From: Rhynchopus sp. YZ270_cl-10 | Taxonomy: Eukaryota | DNA length: 64,000 nt | Direction: 5' to 3' | NCBI GenBank assembly: GCA_964035575.1 | Contig: OZ037843.1 | Span: forward strand, 1,674,001-1,738,000 | Shown: piece after piece, positions 46,182 to 58,042 of the stretch | Position numbering within the stretch: position 1 is the first letter of the stretch | Layout: every line of letters begins with the position of its first letter | The notes under the pieces: model-generated | Database searches by the model: none | What the model saw: the letters and a program-made list of their open reading frames with translations, nothing else | Told to the model about the DNA's origin: nothing | Translations under genes and position numbers: made by a program

Positions 46182-47643
46182 GGTTTGATGGGTTTTATTC
46201 TGGACACGAAACAGTGGTGCTTTCTTAAGTCAGATCAGTTGACCGCGACGGGTCACTCCTGTGGTTAAGCGGGGAGGGGGTGGGGGTTTCAAAGGATTTA
46301 TTGTTGGGTGTCCGGGCGTCCCGTGGCACGACTTACAGCATTCAAGCAATGTTGTGCTCTGTAGCTCGTAAGCGCCGCAACGTGTGAGTCGCGGTGGATC
46401 GCAGAAGTCAATCACGGCATTGAGGGCGTCGCCCTCGCCCCATGCAGCATGTTTCCGCTGGTGTGTGCGCCTTCCTGCACGGCTCACATCTTTCCTTACT
46501 ATGGGTGCGGCACGCGGCACGCAAGCGGGATTTTTGGGGTACGGAATATTTTATTGTGCCTTGTCCTCTGCAAGCAGAGGAAAAACATTCCGGATTCCAA
46601 AGGCGTTTCATGGCAAACAATAACTTCGAAGGTCAAGGTATGGAGAGACACACCTTAGAAGAAGAAAACATTGGGTGACCAGGTTCCTGGTGTGGTTCTG
46701 AACTGTCCAAAATATCAAACCTGTGGGTACCAGACTGTGTCTTTGCCCCTTTTTAAAATTATTAATTTTTGGGCCCAGCACCCCTCAGATACGACAGCCG
46801 CGTAGAAGCCTGACAACGATTGCACCTTTAAAGTCGAAATGGATACAAACCCAATGACAAACCTTTGCGAATCCCTGTTGATGTGTGTGCCAAGGCGCTT
46901 TCATCTTTCGTGTGTTTTATATTTTTCCCCTTTCCCGCAGGCTTCTTGTCTTCTGACAAAAAGGTAAACTGACAAAAGCAAACACCCCATTGCCCCTTCT
47001 TTGTTTCATTCTATTTGTTGATTTTGCATACATCGATAATATACCTTTTAGATCAGTTCTCTGTTGTCTGTGTTCCCTCTACGCCACTTCTGTTGTGCAG
47101 TCTGTCAATATGTGGCTGAGCAACATTCTCGCACACACTTTATTAGTCTCTCAGTTCAGTTGGAGAGATCGGAATTCCCAACCGGAACACTGTCTCTGGA
47201 GCAGGACTGACAGACTCAGACGCACACGCCTGACACAAGCCTTACGGGGTTGGCAATGCCGTAGCTGGCATTGGGGAGATACAGTTTTACATTGGACCCG
47301 TTCAGGGCTTACGACACCCACAGTTGCGGACCAGAGTGGTGGGCAGCCTGGTCACGCTGCTTGCCTGCACACGTGGAGAACGTGATCTGCGTCGGAGTTG
47401 GACGCTGTGTGAGGAGGCTGTGCGTGACCAGCCGCTGTGCCTGTGCGAGTCTCCTCAAGGGACAACACAGTGTCACTGCCATCTGCACTGAATACGTTCT
47501 TCTGCCTTACAAGGTTTGCAATACAGTAGTGCAGCAACAGTGTACAGGTAGAATAATAAGAATATGTACTGAATATCATGTGTGTTTGTCCATACTTTTT
47601 GTCCATACACACACACCCCCACCACACCACAGACGCTTGGACA

Positions 47644-50265
47644 ATGCTGTCATGCGGGATCCAGTCGCTGACAATACTGCTGTGTGTGGTGCTGATTCTG
47701 TCGACAGGTGCGATCATCGGTGGCTTCACTCTGTCAACATGGGACGACCTTCTGGAGAAGGCACGTGACACAGGTGACGAGGGCTTCGGGATGTGTCTCG
47801 ACAGTGGTACGGCGGACATCGAAACGGTCTCGGCACGCTACCTGCGCTCTGTTCTTGGCAACGTGGACACGGCAGTGAAGGAGTACCTGAAGGTGCCTGA
47901 GCAGCTCGTGGTCTCGCTTGCCAACCTTGCTCAGGCACACCACCCAAACATCAGCACGAGCCCTGCCTTTGCGGCCACAGTAATGCGTCCTGCAGCCTTG
48001 TCCGCTTATTTGGCTGGGAGTACGTCCGGACTCGTACAGATCGGAAACGAAGCGTATCCGTGGTGTGCGGCACATCCTGTTCCGTGGAAGAGGGGAGACG
48101 GGAACGCAGGGTGGGGCTCGCGGATCACGTACAGGGAGATGAACCCTCGGGGCGCTAACCTACCAGCGAACGGAAGCAAGGTCACCATGCTCTACGGTAC
48201 ACGTCACCCAGTCACCTTGTCGGAGGGGCTGTCGGACTTCGCTGTTTTTACCGAAGTTAACGAGATGGGTGACATCAGGGACCCCTCACTGCCGTGCAGG
48301 TTCTTTCCGGACTACAACAAGGGCGACTATCTTGGACTTTGCCTGCTTCCCATCCATCTCGTCGAACCCGAAGACGGAGACGTGTTCCAGCAGCGCAGGA
48401 GACAGATCTACAACCTGGGTGCCAACGATCCACCCCTGAACCCTGCAGACACGCTCGTCTACTCACACACGCAGGTCACCTGGGACTTGATGTGGTGGGA
48501 GCTGAGCTACACCTACACCCACCCAGATATGTACACGATGCACCCCAAGCAGGGCAAGCGTGTGGGTGTCGTCACTGCCAGCGTGACTGCATCCGGGGTA
48601 GTCGACGCAGTGCGTGCACAGCTGCTCCCAACCGGCACGTCGCTGTACCTGGTCGATTATGACAGTGCAACAGACTCAGTTGGGACACTTGTCGCATACA
48701 ACAGAGGACGGCAGCTGCAGATGACGATCATTACGAACGCGCTGGGCCTCACCCTTCCCGAAGCATCGAACATCAACATAACGAACCACTCGATGGAAGA
48801 CGCGACGTCACACATCCCCTCAGTGATTGCAGAGCACGGGCGGTTTGTGTTCACACACCCGCAGAACTACAAAGACCTTGTGGAGAAGACAGAGGACTCC
48901 TTCCTGAAGTGGTCTGACTCGAACGGCACGGAGTACTGGACAATCACGTCGACAATTGAACACAAAACGATTGCGTTGTACGCGAACCTTCTTGTGCCGA
49001 GAGAGTCTGTGATGCACTCGATTGATGCGTCGACGAATGCAATCCGTGCGAAGGTGGCATCAGATCTGTCCTCTGCAGACGCACAGAAGGAGGATGCGGT
49101 GACTGTGATGGCGATTGTGACGGCTGTTGCGGTCATCGGACTTCTTGCCATTGCTGTTGTGTTCACACGCTACATCACGTCACCTCTGCTGAAGCTTGGG
49201 AGTGAGATGGCAAGTGTGGCTGTGATGGACCTGGAGGCTGTGGACACGGGCCGTGCAGTGTCGCAGCTGAGTGAAGTGAGGGTGATGCAGCGCAGCTTTG
49301 TTACCATGGTGGCAAACCTGGTGGAGTACCGGAACTACCTGCCGCAGAGTGTGCTTGTCAACGATACTGAGAACGAGATGTGTCGCACAGAGACCACACA
49401 CGTGACCACATCCGTGTCAGGCACGTCTTGGCATTCAGATGGGGCTTCCGAGGTTGTGATAGAGAACCAGAAGGCACTGCTGCGTGTGGAAGGGATGAAG
49501 AAGAAGAAGGTGTCTCTGGCACACATGAACGTCGTGTCGTGGCACGCCTTCTGCGAACAGCGCAAGGACGAAGAGGTGCTCTGCACACACGGTAGTATGA
49601 TTGAGACGATCCTGACAGCAGTGCTACACAACAAGGGTGTGTGCGACACGTTTGCTGGCGACAAGATACTTGCCACCTTCAACGCCTTTGCTCCGAGCGC
49701 GTCGCACGGTGTTGCCTGTGTGAAGGCTGCACACGCAGCAGCAAAAGCACTTAGTGATGTACATTTGGTGATGTGCAAGCTCTCGTATGGGTGCACGACA
49801 GGTGAGGCACGTGTAGGACCTATGGGCTGCAACGGGATGAAGAAAGTGTCGATTCTTTCAGAGTCCATGTCGTGGGTGGTTGTGCTTGAGCGTTGGAACA
49901 GGATGAACGACCTGCCTGGTGTACTCGACCACAGCCTCTCACGTGAGGTGCAGGGACAGGTGGTGCTGCGTTGTGAAGGTGCGATGCTGTACGAGAAGCT
50001 GAGTGACAAGGCACAGGTTGTGTACGCTGTGAAGGAGTTGGTCAGTATGAAGAATGAAGAGTGGATGTACCAACTGGAGGCCCTCGAGCAAAACAACCCT
50101 CACACACTGTGGAATGAGGCTTTTGCACACATCATTGCACAGGAGTTTAGCCAGGCTGCTTGTGTGCTTGACAGCCTAGGCGCAGAGCAACTGCAGCAAT
50201 ACGACACGCTTGTGAGATATGTGCAGCAGAGAGCTTTTACACCGTACGTTGTGAACATGCACTGA
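47644..50265 (+). CDS. Receptor cyclase-like protein, array copy 2 (873 aa, type A tail)
   Basis: Start chosen by homology to copy 1 (ACAATG). C-terminal half identical to copy 1 at protein level. Confidence 0.92.
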   Translation: MLSCGIQSLTILLCVVLILSTGAIIGGFTLSTWDDLLEKARDTGDEGFGMCLDSGTADIETVSARYLRSVLGNVDTAVKEYLKVPEQLVVSLANLAQAHHPNISTSPAFAATVMRPAALSAYLAGSTSGLVQIGNEAYPWCAAHPVPWKRGDGNAGWGSRITYREMNPRGANLPANGSKVTMLYGTRHPVTLSEGLSDFAVFTEVNEMGDIRDPSLPCRFFPDYNKGDYLGLCLLPIHLVEPEDGDVFQQRRRQIYNLGANDPPLNPADTLVYSHTQVTWDLMWWELSYTYTHPDMYTMHPKQGKRVGVVTASVTASGVVDAVRAQLLPTGTSLYLVDYDSATDSVGTLVAYNRGRQLQMTIITNALGLTLPEASNINITNHSMEDATSHIPSVIAEHGRFVFTHPQNYKDLVEKTEDSFLKWSDSNGTEYWTITSTIEHKTIALYANLLVPRESVMHSIDASTNAIRAKVASDLSSADAQKEDAVTVMAIVTAVAVIGLLAIAVVFTRYITSPLLKLGSEMASVAVMDLEAVDTGRAVSQLSEVRVMQRSFVTMVANLVEYRNYLPQSVLVNDTENEMCRTETTHVTTSVSGTSWHSDGASEVVIENQKALLRVEGMKKKKVSLAHMNVVSWHAFCEQRKDEEVLCTHGSMIETILTAVLHNKGVCDTFAGDKILATFNAFAPSASHGVACVKAAHAAAKALSDVHLVMCKLSYGCTTGEARVGPMGCNGMKKVSILSESMSWVVVLERWNRMNDLPGVLDHSLSREVQGQVVLRCEGAMLYEKLSDKAQVVYAVKELVSMKNEEWMYQLEALEQNNPHTLWNEAFAHIIAQEFSQAACVLDSLGAEQLQQYDTLVRYVQQRAFTPYVVNMH

Positions 50266-50386
50266 GGTTTGATGGGTTTTATTCTGGACACGAAACATTT
50301 GGAGCTCTGCGTTTGTGAGTGTCTTCACTGTGGGGGGGGGGGCGCTTATTTCAGGGGGGTTTTCAAACATAAAATTTCTAGGGTAG

Positions 50387-50499
50387 ATGGTGCTTTCGGA
50401 AGTCGGTCAACGACCTGTCAGCGACTTATCATTATCAGGGGGTGTGTATAAAGTACGCCCTGTGTCAGCGACCTGTCAATACCCCTCCCGGAGCACCAG
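50387..50499. mobile_element. 113-bp minimal relative of the 41054-42786 element
   Basis: TAG|ATGGTGCT...AGCACCAG|TAG with internal CAACGACCTGTCAGCGAC motifs, inverted relative to the long copy. Confidence 0.65.
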
Positions 50500-51006
50500 T
50501 AGAACAAGATTATTTTTTTTGGTTCTTGTTCTTTGGGTCGCAAAAAAGAGCGCTGCCGAAACTAATTATTTACTCTAGCTCCATGCATTTTGGGTTACAG
50601 TGTGCTGCCTGTAAGGACATCCATGCAGATCCAGGGAAAGGCTAAGGACCAACTGTCGATGCAGACATGAGACACCTAGAGAGGTACTGTGTTCCCCCCC
50701 TGCTATCTTCTGACTATCGTGCATCAAGCGTTGGGTGCAGCGAACTGCAGTAATTGTATGCTCACAACTCTTCAACGGAAGGTGGGCCGCCGGATGACGA
50801 GTGGTTGTGTACTGCCCCCGTTCACACTACGGTACGGGTAAGTCTAGAAGACTTAAAGTCTGTTTTTTTCACATCTAGGACGTGTGTGTTGCCGTTATAC
50901 GGAGGTCACCTCCCCGTCCACACAGGGTATACAGGCAGCACACCTCCCCCTCAGTGCAGAGACCTTTACACAAGGGGAAACTTTTTCAATTTTTCCCAGG
51001 AGTTTG

Positions 51007-53584
51007 CATACTTCGTGTTCCGCCGGAGTCCGCCCGAGTTGAGACGGCCTTTGGCGGACTTTGAAAGTCCGTCTCAGGTCCGCCGGACTCGGGCCCGAGC
51101 TGGGGTACGACCACCCTCACTCCATTTTCCACCTCGGGATACTGCCCCATCCCTCAGCAAATGCAAAATTTTCACCCACCCCATCCCAATGTCTATCAAG
51201 AAAGCGAAAAGTACACCATTTGCGCAGGGAGTTGTTTGTATTATATTTTTGAAGAGAAAAGTTTGATTTCGGCCTCGAAAATTACCGTGACACCGATTTG
51301 TCACGGAATTTTTTTGAAAGATTCGATTTCGTGACAAAAAAAGTTCGATTTAGTGACAAGCCGATTTTTTCATTGACACACAAAATTCAATTTAGTGACA
51401 AGTGACTTTTTTCATTGACAAAAAAAAATTCGATTTCGTGACAAATCCATTTTTTCATTGACAAAAAAATGTCATTGAAAAAATGGCTTTTGTCAAGGAA
51501 ACCGAACTTTTTGTCAAGGAAAAAGTCGTGACAGGGCAACCACAGCCAACCCGCCTGTCACTGAAAAGTGACGAGACAGTCCACTTGACAAACACAAAAG
51601 TGTCCAGTCGCGTGGGGCATTCATGCACTGAGGAGATAATGATCCAACAATTTACAAGAAAACATTACTTAGCCTACTGCTGGAAGTTGCCAGGTCGTAG
51701 TAACACACAAAGTGTGCCTCCGTTCGGGAATACCGGATATTCTGGAGACCAAAAAGGCCTCTTCCGCTGGTCAAGGTATAACCGAATGAACGGCCCAAGA
51801 CCCCCGTGGAGAAGTTAAATGTTGTAATGATTTCAAGTAAAATGCGATCACTGTCTTACCCTCCTCAATGCATGGTGGAAGATGTCTTTGACAACAAACC
51901 GAGCTCTGATTATCAATCGTTAGACTCAGAGGAATGCCTGCGGTACAGGTATCAAACCCGGGGTGTTCACAAAAAAAAATTTAACAAATATCCTGTACTC
52001 AGGTACCCAAATTCCCAGACCCACGCAGTGTGTGACCACCTCAAGTGTGAGTGACCCACACGTGAGGGAATGCGACACTACGCAAAATTTACCACCAGAC
52101 CCTGTCTTCGTGCACCTGAAGTACAACGCCGCAGACAGGCCAAACATGCGTTGGACTCAGAGGAATGCCCGCTGTGCAGGTATCAAACATGAGAACCAAC
52201 TCCCAGAAACAAGGGGCGCCTTTTGGAGGGCGTTGTTGAGGGTGTTTGGGGTGCAAAGTTTTCCACAATTTTGATGCGCGGGTACAGAAGTGTTGTCTTG
52301 TTCTTTCATCTCTAGGAATTTAAATGTTCAATCGCGTTTAACTACCACGAGGGATTGTTCAGTGAACCCACAAGGGGTCGAAGGGGGTTGGTTATCCCAT
52401 ATCTATCAAAGGTTGTGTCGACCAGGCGAATCCACTATGTTACGCTGTACGTTGTTAAATCCGAAGAAATAACGCTTTAGCAGCCGCAGGAAGTAAGTAG
52501 TGCCTCACGCTACACAAACCACCACCCGCAATTGACTTAGATAATAACTAGAGAATTCAGAACTAAACAACACCCTGCCCCATACACACTAAATTGTCAT
52601 GCTTCAAGAACATGCCTAGGCCAAAATTTCTGAAAAGGCAACAAGACCACCCACAAGGAGTGTGAATTGTGCGCTTTCTGGGGGAACGCAATATTTTCTT
52701 GTGTCTAGTCCTCCGCAAGAGCAGAGGACAGACTTTCCGGAAGGTTTCCAAAGGTCGAATTTCTTTGCAATGATATGCTCCCTGGGTTAATGGCAATAGC
52801 AGTGACTGACTTCTGAGAAAAATCGGGTATGCAAAACCCAATGTCCATTGTTTTGGTGTAGTCCTGTTGGGGGTGGGTGTGTGGTTCCTAGTGTACACTG
52901 AAATTGTACAGATCTGACTATAAAAAAAGTTGGGATTGTACATCAAATAGTCAGATCTATACAATTTCTATACAATTGTATGTACATTGTATAGATCTGA
53001 CTATAACCCTGTGCATATGTGTATACATTTGACTTTCACCCCCAAAAAAAAAACCTTGATTGAACCAGATCAATCTTGATTCGTGACAAAAGCCATTTTT
53101 TCAATGACATTTTTTTGTCAATGAAAAAATGGATTTGTCACGAAATCGAATTTTTTTTGTTAATGAAAAAAGTCACTTGTCACTAAATTGAATTTTGTGT
53201 GTCAATGAAAAAATCGGCTTGTCACTAAATCGAACTTTTTTTGTCACGAAATCGAATCTTTCAAAAAAATTCAGTGACAAATTACCGTGACAAATGGGTG
53301 TCACGGGTAATTTCGAGGCCGAAATCGAACTTTTCTCTAAAAACAATGATAATAATACAAAAAATTAAAATACAAACCACTCCCTGCGCAAATGGTTTAC
53401 TGAGGATGGGGTGGGCGAAACTTTTATTTGAGGGATGGGGCAGCATCCCGAGGTGGAAACTGGAGTGAGGGTGGTTCATACCGGACTCGGGCGAACTCCG
53501 CCCGAGTCCGTCTCAGGTCCGTCTCAACTCGGGCGGGTCTTGGTGAAATTTTTTTTGGCGGACTCCGGCGGACCACGAAGTATG
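51007..53584. mobile_element. Foldback element with ~230-bp imperfect TIRs hosting a nested MULE
   Basis: CATACTTCGTG...CCGCCGGAGTCCGCC / GGCGGACTCCGGCGGACCACGAAGTATG, inverted homology out to ACCATTTGCGCAGGGAG. Flanks AGGAGTTTG / AACAGTTTG resemble a decayed 9-bp TSD. Confidence 0.75.
51254..53337. mobile_element. Second copy of the Mutator-like element
   Basis: Same TIRs and ~1.1-kb internal sequence as 18727-20961. No clear TSD. Confidence 0.88.
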
Positions 53585-54575
53585 AACAGTTTGTAATTTT
53601 ATTGCCTCCAAATGGTTCGGAATACCAAAATGTGAGGGGGTTTGTGCGCTCGTGCAAGTAACCTGTTGTGCTAATATAGGCCTCCTCGTAATTATGGTGA
53701 AATAATTGCATAGTCAGTAAATCCTGCTAATAATATATTTCCCACTCATTTACGGTTCAACAATGCAGGGGGCAAGGTTTCTCTTGTTCCTGCCACGCTA
53801 AAGGATTTTGGCTTTCAAGCACAATATTTGGAGGCAATCCTGTATTACACTTTATATTTACACCTCCGCAGGTCTTTTCCAAGCCTGAGAGGCGTAGGTT
53901 GGTCTGAAGACCCTTTTTGTACTCTTTTTTGTTTTGCAGCCTTCGGGTGGTGTGCATCTCAGCAGCCCATTCCTGAGAGAATTATTGCACTGTGTTGAAA
54001 GCAGTTGTGCGTAGGTCCTCAGAGCGGGACATGCATTCATGTTTTTTTGTTCTGTTCTGTTCTTCGTTGCTGTGCACTCGTTGTGCATTATTGTTGCTGT
54101 TCTCTTGCATAGTCAGCACCTAATTATTTACTTTCATTTGTCGTGATTGCGGATGTGTCTAGCAAAGTAGCCTCTCCATACCCATTTCACACTTTCACTG
54201 TCACTTTTGCAAAGCCGTATTATACTATAGTCTATGGGGTGTCCTAGGGGCACTACACCAACACCCACTTTCACATACTTTCATCCCATTACACATGAAT
54301 TACAACGTCTTGGTGTTTTGGTCTTTACTAAAGAGATGTGCGGATGACACCAAAAAAATAGAAATTATTCGCGATAGTTGGTACTCCAAAAATTTGCCGG
54401 AACCGAAAATCGTGTAGTTTGGGGGGTATTGAGGACAGAAAAAATTTGTGTTATGTGGCTGGTGGTTGTGTGGTTCTAGGTTCTAAGCTGGATGGTATGC
54501 TGCATGTGGGTTCTTGGGGTTTGGGCACATAAGTGGCTTGTGTTGTGTGTACCATGCTTCCCTGCTGACAGAGGG

Positions 54576-55142
54576 TGTACTGTGTACTGTGTACTGTGTA
54601 CTGTGTACTGTGTACTGTGTACTGTGTACTGTGTACTGTGTACTGTGTACTGTGTACTGTGTACTGTGTACTGTGTACTGTGTACTGTGTACTGTGTACT
54701 GTGTACTGTGTACTGTGTACTGTGTACTGTGTACTGTGTACTGTGTACTGTGTACTGTGTACTGTGTACTGTGTACTGTGTACTGTGTACTGTGTACTGT
54801 GTACTGTGTACTGTGTACTGTGTACTGTGTACTGTGTACTGTGTACTGTGTACTGTGTACTGTGTACTGTGTACTGTGTACTGTGTACTGTGTACTGTGT
54901 ACTGTGTACTGTGTACTGTGTACTGTGTACTGTGTACTGTGTACTGTGTACTGTGTACTGTGTACTGTGTACTGTGTACTGTGTACTGTGTACTGTGTAC
55001 TGTGTACTGTGTACTGTGTACTGTGTACTGTGTACTGTGTACTGTGTACTGTGTACTGTGTACTGTGTACTGTGTACTGTGTACTGTGTACTGTGTACTG
55101 TGTACTGTGTACTGTGTACTGTGTACTGTGTACTGTGTACTG
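54576..55142. repeat. (TGTACTG)n microsatellite, 81 copies
   Basis: Perfect 7-bp tandem repeat, 567 bp. Confidence 0.98.
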
Positions 55143-55423
55143 GTAGAAACATGGGGAATCGGTTATGCAGCACGTCAGTAAAAATTTAACACCGGTGGCA
55201 TGCTTCCTAGTACGCATAAGTGCATAGAAATAACATGTAAAACAACGTGTAATCTGTGGTGGTCAAAAGTGCAAAATTCCTTCACATGAATTACGCCGCG
55301 CCCGGGACACCCCATACTATAAATAGTAACGATCAGGATCAAGGTACCCCCTTGTATCCCCAGCTCACACACCACACCACACATCCCCAGACACTCTCTT
55401 CCCTTTCTGTACACCTCAGAACA

Positions 55424-58042
55424 ATGGTGTCATGCGGGATCCAGTCGCTGACAATACTGCTGTGTGTGGTGCTGATTCTGTCGACAGGTGCGATCATCGG
55501 TGGCTTCACTCTGTCAACATGGGACGACCTTCTGGAGAAGGCACGTGACACAGGTGACGAGGGCTTCGGGATGTGTCTCGACAGTGGTACGGCGGACATC
55601 GAAACGGTCTCGGCACGCTACCTGCGTTCTGTTCTTGGCAACGTGGACACGGCAGTGAAGGAGTACCTGAAGGTGCCTGAGCAGCTCGTGGTCTCGCTGG
55701 CCAACCTTGCTCAGGCACACCACCCAAACATCAGCACGAGCCCTGCCTTTGCGGCCACAGTAATGCGTCCTGCAGCCTTGTCCGCTTATTTGGCTGGGAG
55801 TACGTCCGGACTCTTACAGATCGGTCATGAAGCGTATCCGTGGTGTGCGGCACATCCTGTTCCGTGGAAGAGGGGAGACGGGAACGCAGGGTGGGGCTCG
55901 CGGATGACGTACAGAGAGCTGGATGCTCGGAGCGGTATCACACCAACGAACGGAAGCAAGGTCACCTTGTTCTACGGTACACGTCACTCAGTCACCTTGT
56001 CGGAGGGGCTGTCGGACTTCGCTGTTTTTACCGAAATTGACGAGTTGGGTGAGATCAGGGACCCCTCACTGCCATGCGCGTACTTTCCGGACTACAACAA
56101 GAACGAGTGGCGTGGACTTTGCATGTTTCCCATTGGTCTCCCCGAACCCGAAGGCGGGGACTTGTTCAAGCAGCGTGGGAGGATGCTGCACTACCTGGGT
56201 GCCAACGATCCACCCCTGAACCCTGTGGAAACGCTCGTCTACTCACACACGCAGCTCGCCTGGGACTTCATGTGGTGGGAGCTGAGCTACACCTACACCC
56301 ACCCAGATATGTACACGATGCACCCCAAGCAGGGCAAGCGTGTGGGTTCTGTCAGTGCTACAGTGACTGCAGACGGGGTAGCCGACGCAGTGCGTGCACA
56401 GCTGCTCCCAACCGGCACGTCGCTGTACCTGGTCGATTATGACAGTGCAACAGACTCAGTTGGGACACTTGTCGCATACAACAGAGGACGGCAGCTGCGG
56501 ATAAAGATGGTTACGAGCTCGCTCTCGGGCCACTCTCTTCCCTTAGCGTCAAGCTTCAACATAACGAACCACTCGATGGAAGACGCGACGTCACACATCC
56601 CCTCAGTGATTGCAGAGCACGGGCGGTTTGTGTTCACACACCCGCAGAACTACAAAGACCTTGTGGAGAAGACAGAGGACTCCTTCCTGAAGTGGTCTGA
56701 CTCGAACGGCACGGAGTACTGGACAATCACGTCGACAATTGAACACAAAACGATTGCGTTGTACGCGAACCTTCTTGTGCCGAGAGAGTCTGTGATGCAC
56801 TCGATTGATGCGTCGACGAATGCAATCCGTGCGAAGGTGGCATCAGATCTGTCCTCTGCAGACACACAGAAGGAGGATGCGGTGACTGTGATGGCGATTG
56901 TGACGGCTGTTGCGGTGATCGGACTTCTTGCCATTGCTGTTGTGTTCACACGCTACATCACGTCACCTCTGCTGAAGCTTGGGAGTGAGATGGCAAGTGT
57001 GGCTGTGATGGACCTGGAGGCTGTGGACACGGGCCGTGCAGTGTCGCAGCTGAGTGAAGTGGGGATGATGCAGCGCAGCTTTGTTACCATGGTGGCAAAC
57101 CTGGTGGAGTACCGGAACTACATGCCGCAGAGTGTGCTTGTCAACGACACTGAGAATGAGGAAGTGTCCGTAACAAAGTCCTCACAGGAGACGATGTCGC
57201 AGTCAGGCATGTCCGGTCATTCACCTACGACACAGAGTTCAGTTGTTGAGATACAGAACCAGAAGGCACTGCTGCGTGTGGAGGGGATGAAGAAGAAGAA
57301 GGTGTCGCTGGCACACATGAACGTCGTGTCGTGGCACCCCTTCATCAAGAAGCACAAGGACGCAGAGGTGCTCTCCGCACACGCAGGTGTGATTGAGACG
57401 ATCCTGACAGCAGTGCTACACAACAAGGGTGTGTGCGACACGTTTGCTGGGGACAAGATGCTTGCCACCTTCAACGCCTTTGTTCCGAAGCCGTCACACA
57501 GTGTTGCTTGTGTGAAGGCTGCACACGAAGCAGCAACAGCACTTGGTGATGTGCACAAGATCTCGTATGGATGCACGACAGGTGAGGCACGTGTCGGGAA
57601 CATGGGCTGCAACGGGATGAAGAAAGTGTCGATTCTTTCGCAGTCCATGTCGTGGGTGGTTGTGCTTGAGCGTTGGAACAAGAAGTGCAACCTGCCTGGT
57701 GTCATGGACCGTCATGTGTCACGTGAGACTGAGGGACAGGTGGTGTTCCAGTGTGCAGGTGCTGTGCTGTATGAGAAGTTGAGCGAGAATGTGCAGACTG
57801 TGTTTGCTGTGAAGGGTCTGTGCAGCAGCGAAAACGAGGAGTGGATGTACCAGCTGGAGTCTGCCTCAAACAACCCGCACGCACTGTGGAACGAGGTCTT
57901 CGAGCAAATTATCAAACAGGACTTTGAGAAGGCGTCTTCTCTGCTGGACAGCGTCGCTCAGGACCAACGCACACCTTACGAAGAGCTTGTGGGCTATGTG
58001 GAGGAGAAGGCTTATGCACCGTACGTTGTGGCAATGCACTGA
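55424..58042 (+). CDS. Receptor cyclase-like protein, array copy 3 (872 aa, type B tail)
   Basis: ATG after pyrimidine tract and AG (CTCTCTTCCCTTTCTGTACACCTCAGAACAATG). Same N-terminus as copy 1; divergent cytoplasmic tail shared with copy 4. Confidence 0.92.
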   Translation: MVSCGIQSLTILLCVVLILSTGAIIGGFTLSTWDDLLEKARDTGDEGFGMCLDSGTADIETVSARYLRSVLGNVDTAVKEYLKVPEQLVVSLANLAQAHHPNISTSPAFAATVMRPAALSAYLAGSTSGLLQIGHEAYPWCAAHPVPWKRGDGNAGWGSRMTYRELDARSGITPTNGSKVTLFYGTRHSVTLSEGLSDFAVFTEIDELGEIRDPSLPCAYFPDYNKNEWRGLCMFPIGLPEPEGGDLFKQRGRMLHYLGANDPPLNPVETLVYSHTQLAWDFMWWELSYTYTHPDMYTMHPKQGKRVGSVSATVTADGVADAVRAQLLPTGTSLYLVDYDSATDSVGTLVAYNRGRQLRIKMVTSSLSGHSLPLASSFNITNHSMEDATSHIPSVIAEHGRFVFTHPQNYKDLVEKTEDSFLKWSDSNGTEYWTITSTIEHKTIALYANLLVPRESVMHSIDASTNAIRAKVASDLSSADTQKEDAVTVMAIVTAVAVIGLLAIAVVFTRYITSPLLKLGSEMASVAVMDLEAVDTGRAVSQLSEVGMMQRSFVTMVANLVEYRNYMPQSVLVNDTENEEVSVTKSSQETMSQSGMSGHSPTTQSSVVEIQNQKALLRVEGMKKKKVSLAHMNVVSWHPFIKKHKDAEVLSAHAGVIETILTAVLHNKGVCDTFAGDKMLATFNAFVPKPSHSVACVKAAHEAATALGDVHKISYGCTTGEARVGNMGCNGMKKVSILSQSMSWVVVLERWNKKCNLPGVMDRHVSRETEGQVVFQCAGAVLYEKLSENVQTVFAVKGLCSSENEEWMYQLESASNNPHALWNEVFEQIIKQDFEKASSLLDSVAQDQRTPYEELVGYVEEKAYAPYVVAMH

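Noticed and set aside
43560..50265. Copies 1 and 2 as a pure assembly duplication
   Set aside because: They differ at many clustered ectodomain sites and have different flanking insertions, although long-read confirmation is still desirable.
54576..55142. Telomeric repeat
   Set aside because: Internal location and a unit unlike TTAGGG-type repeats.
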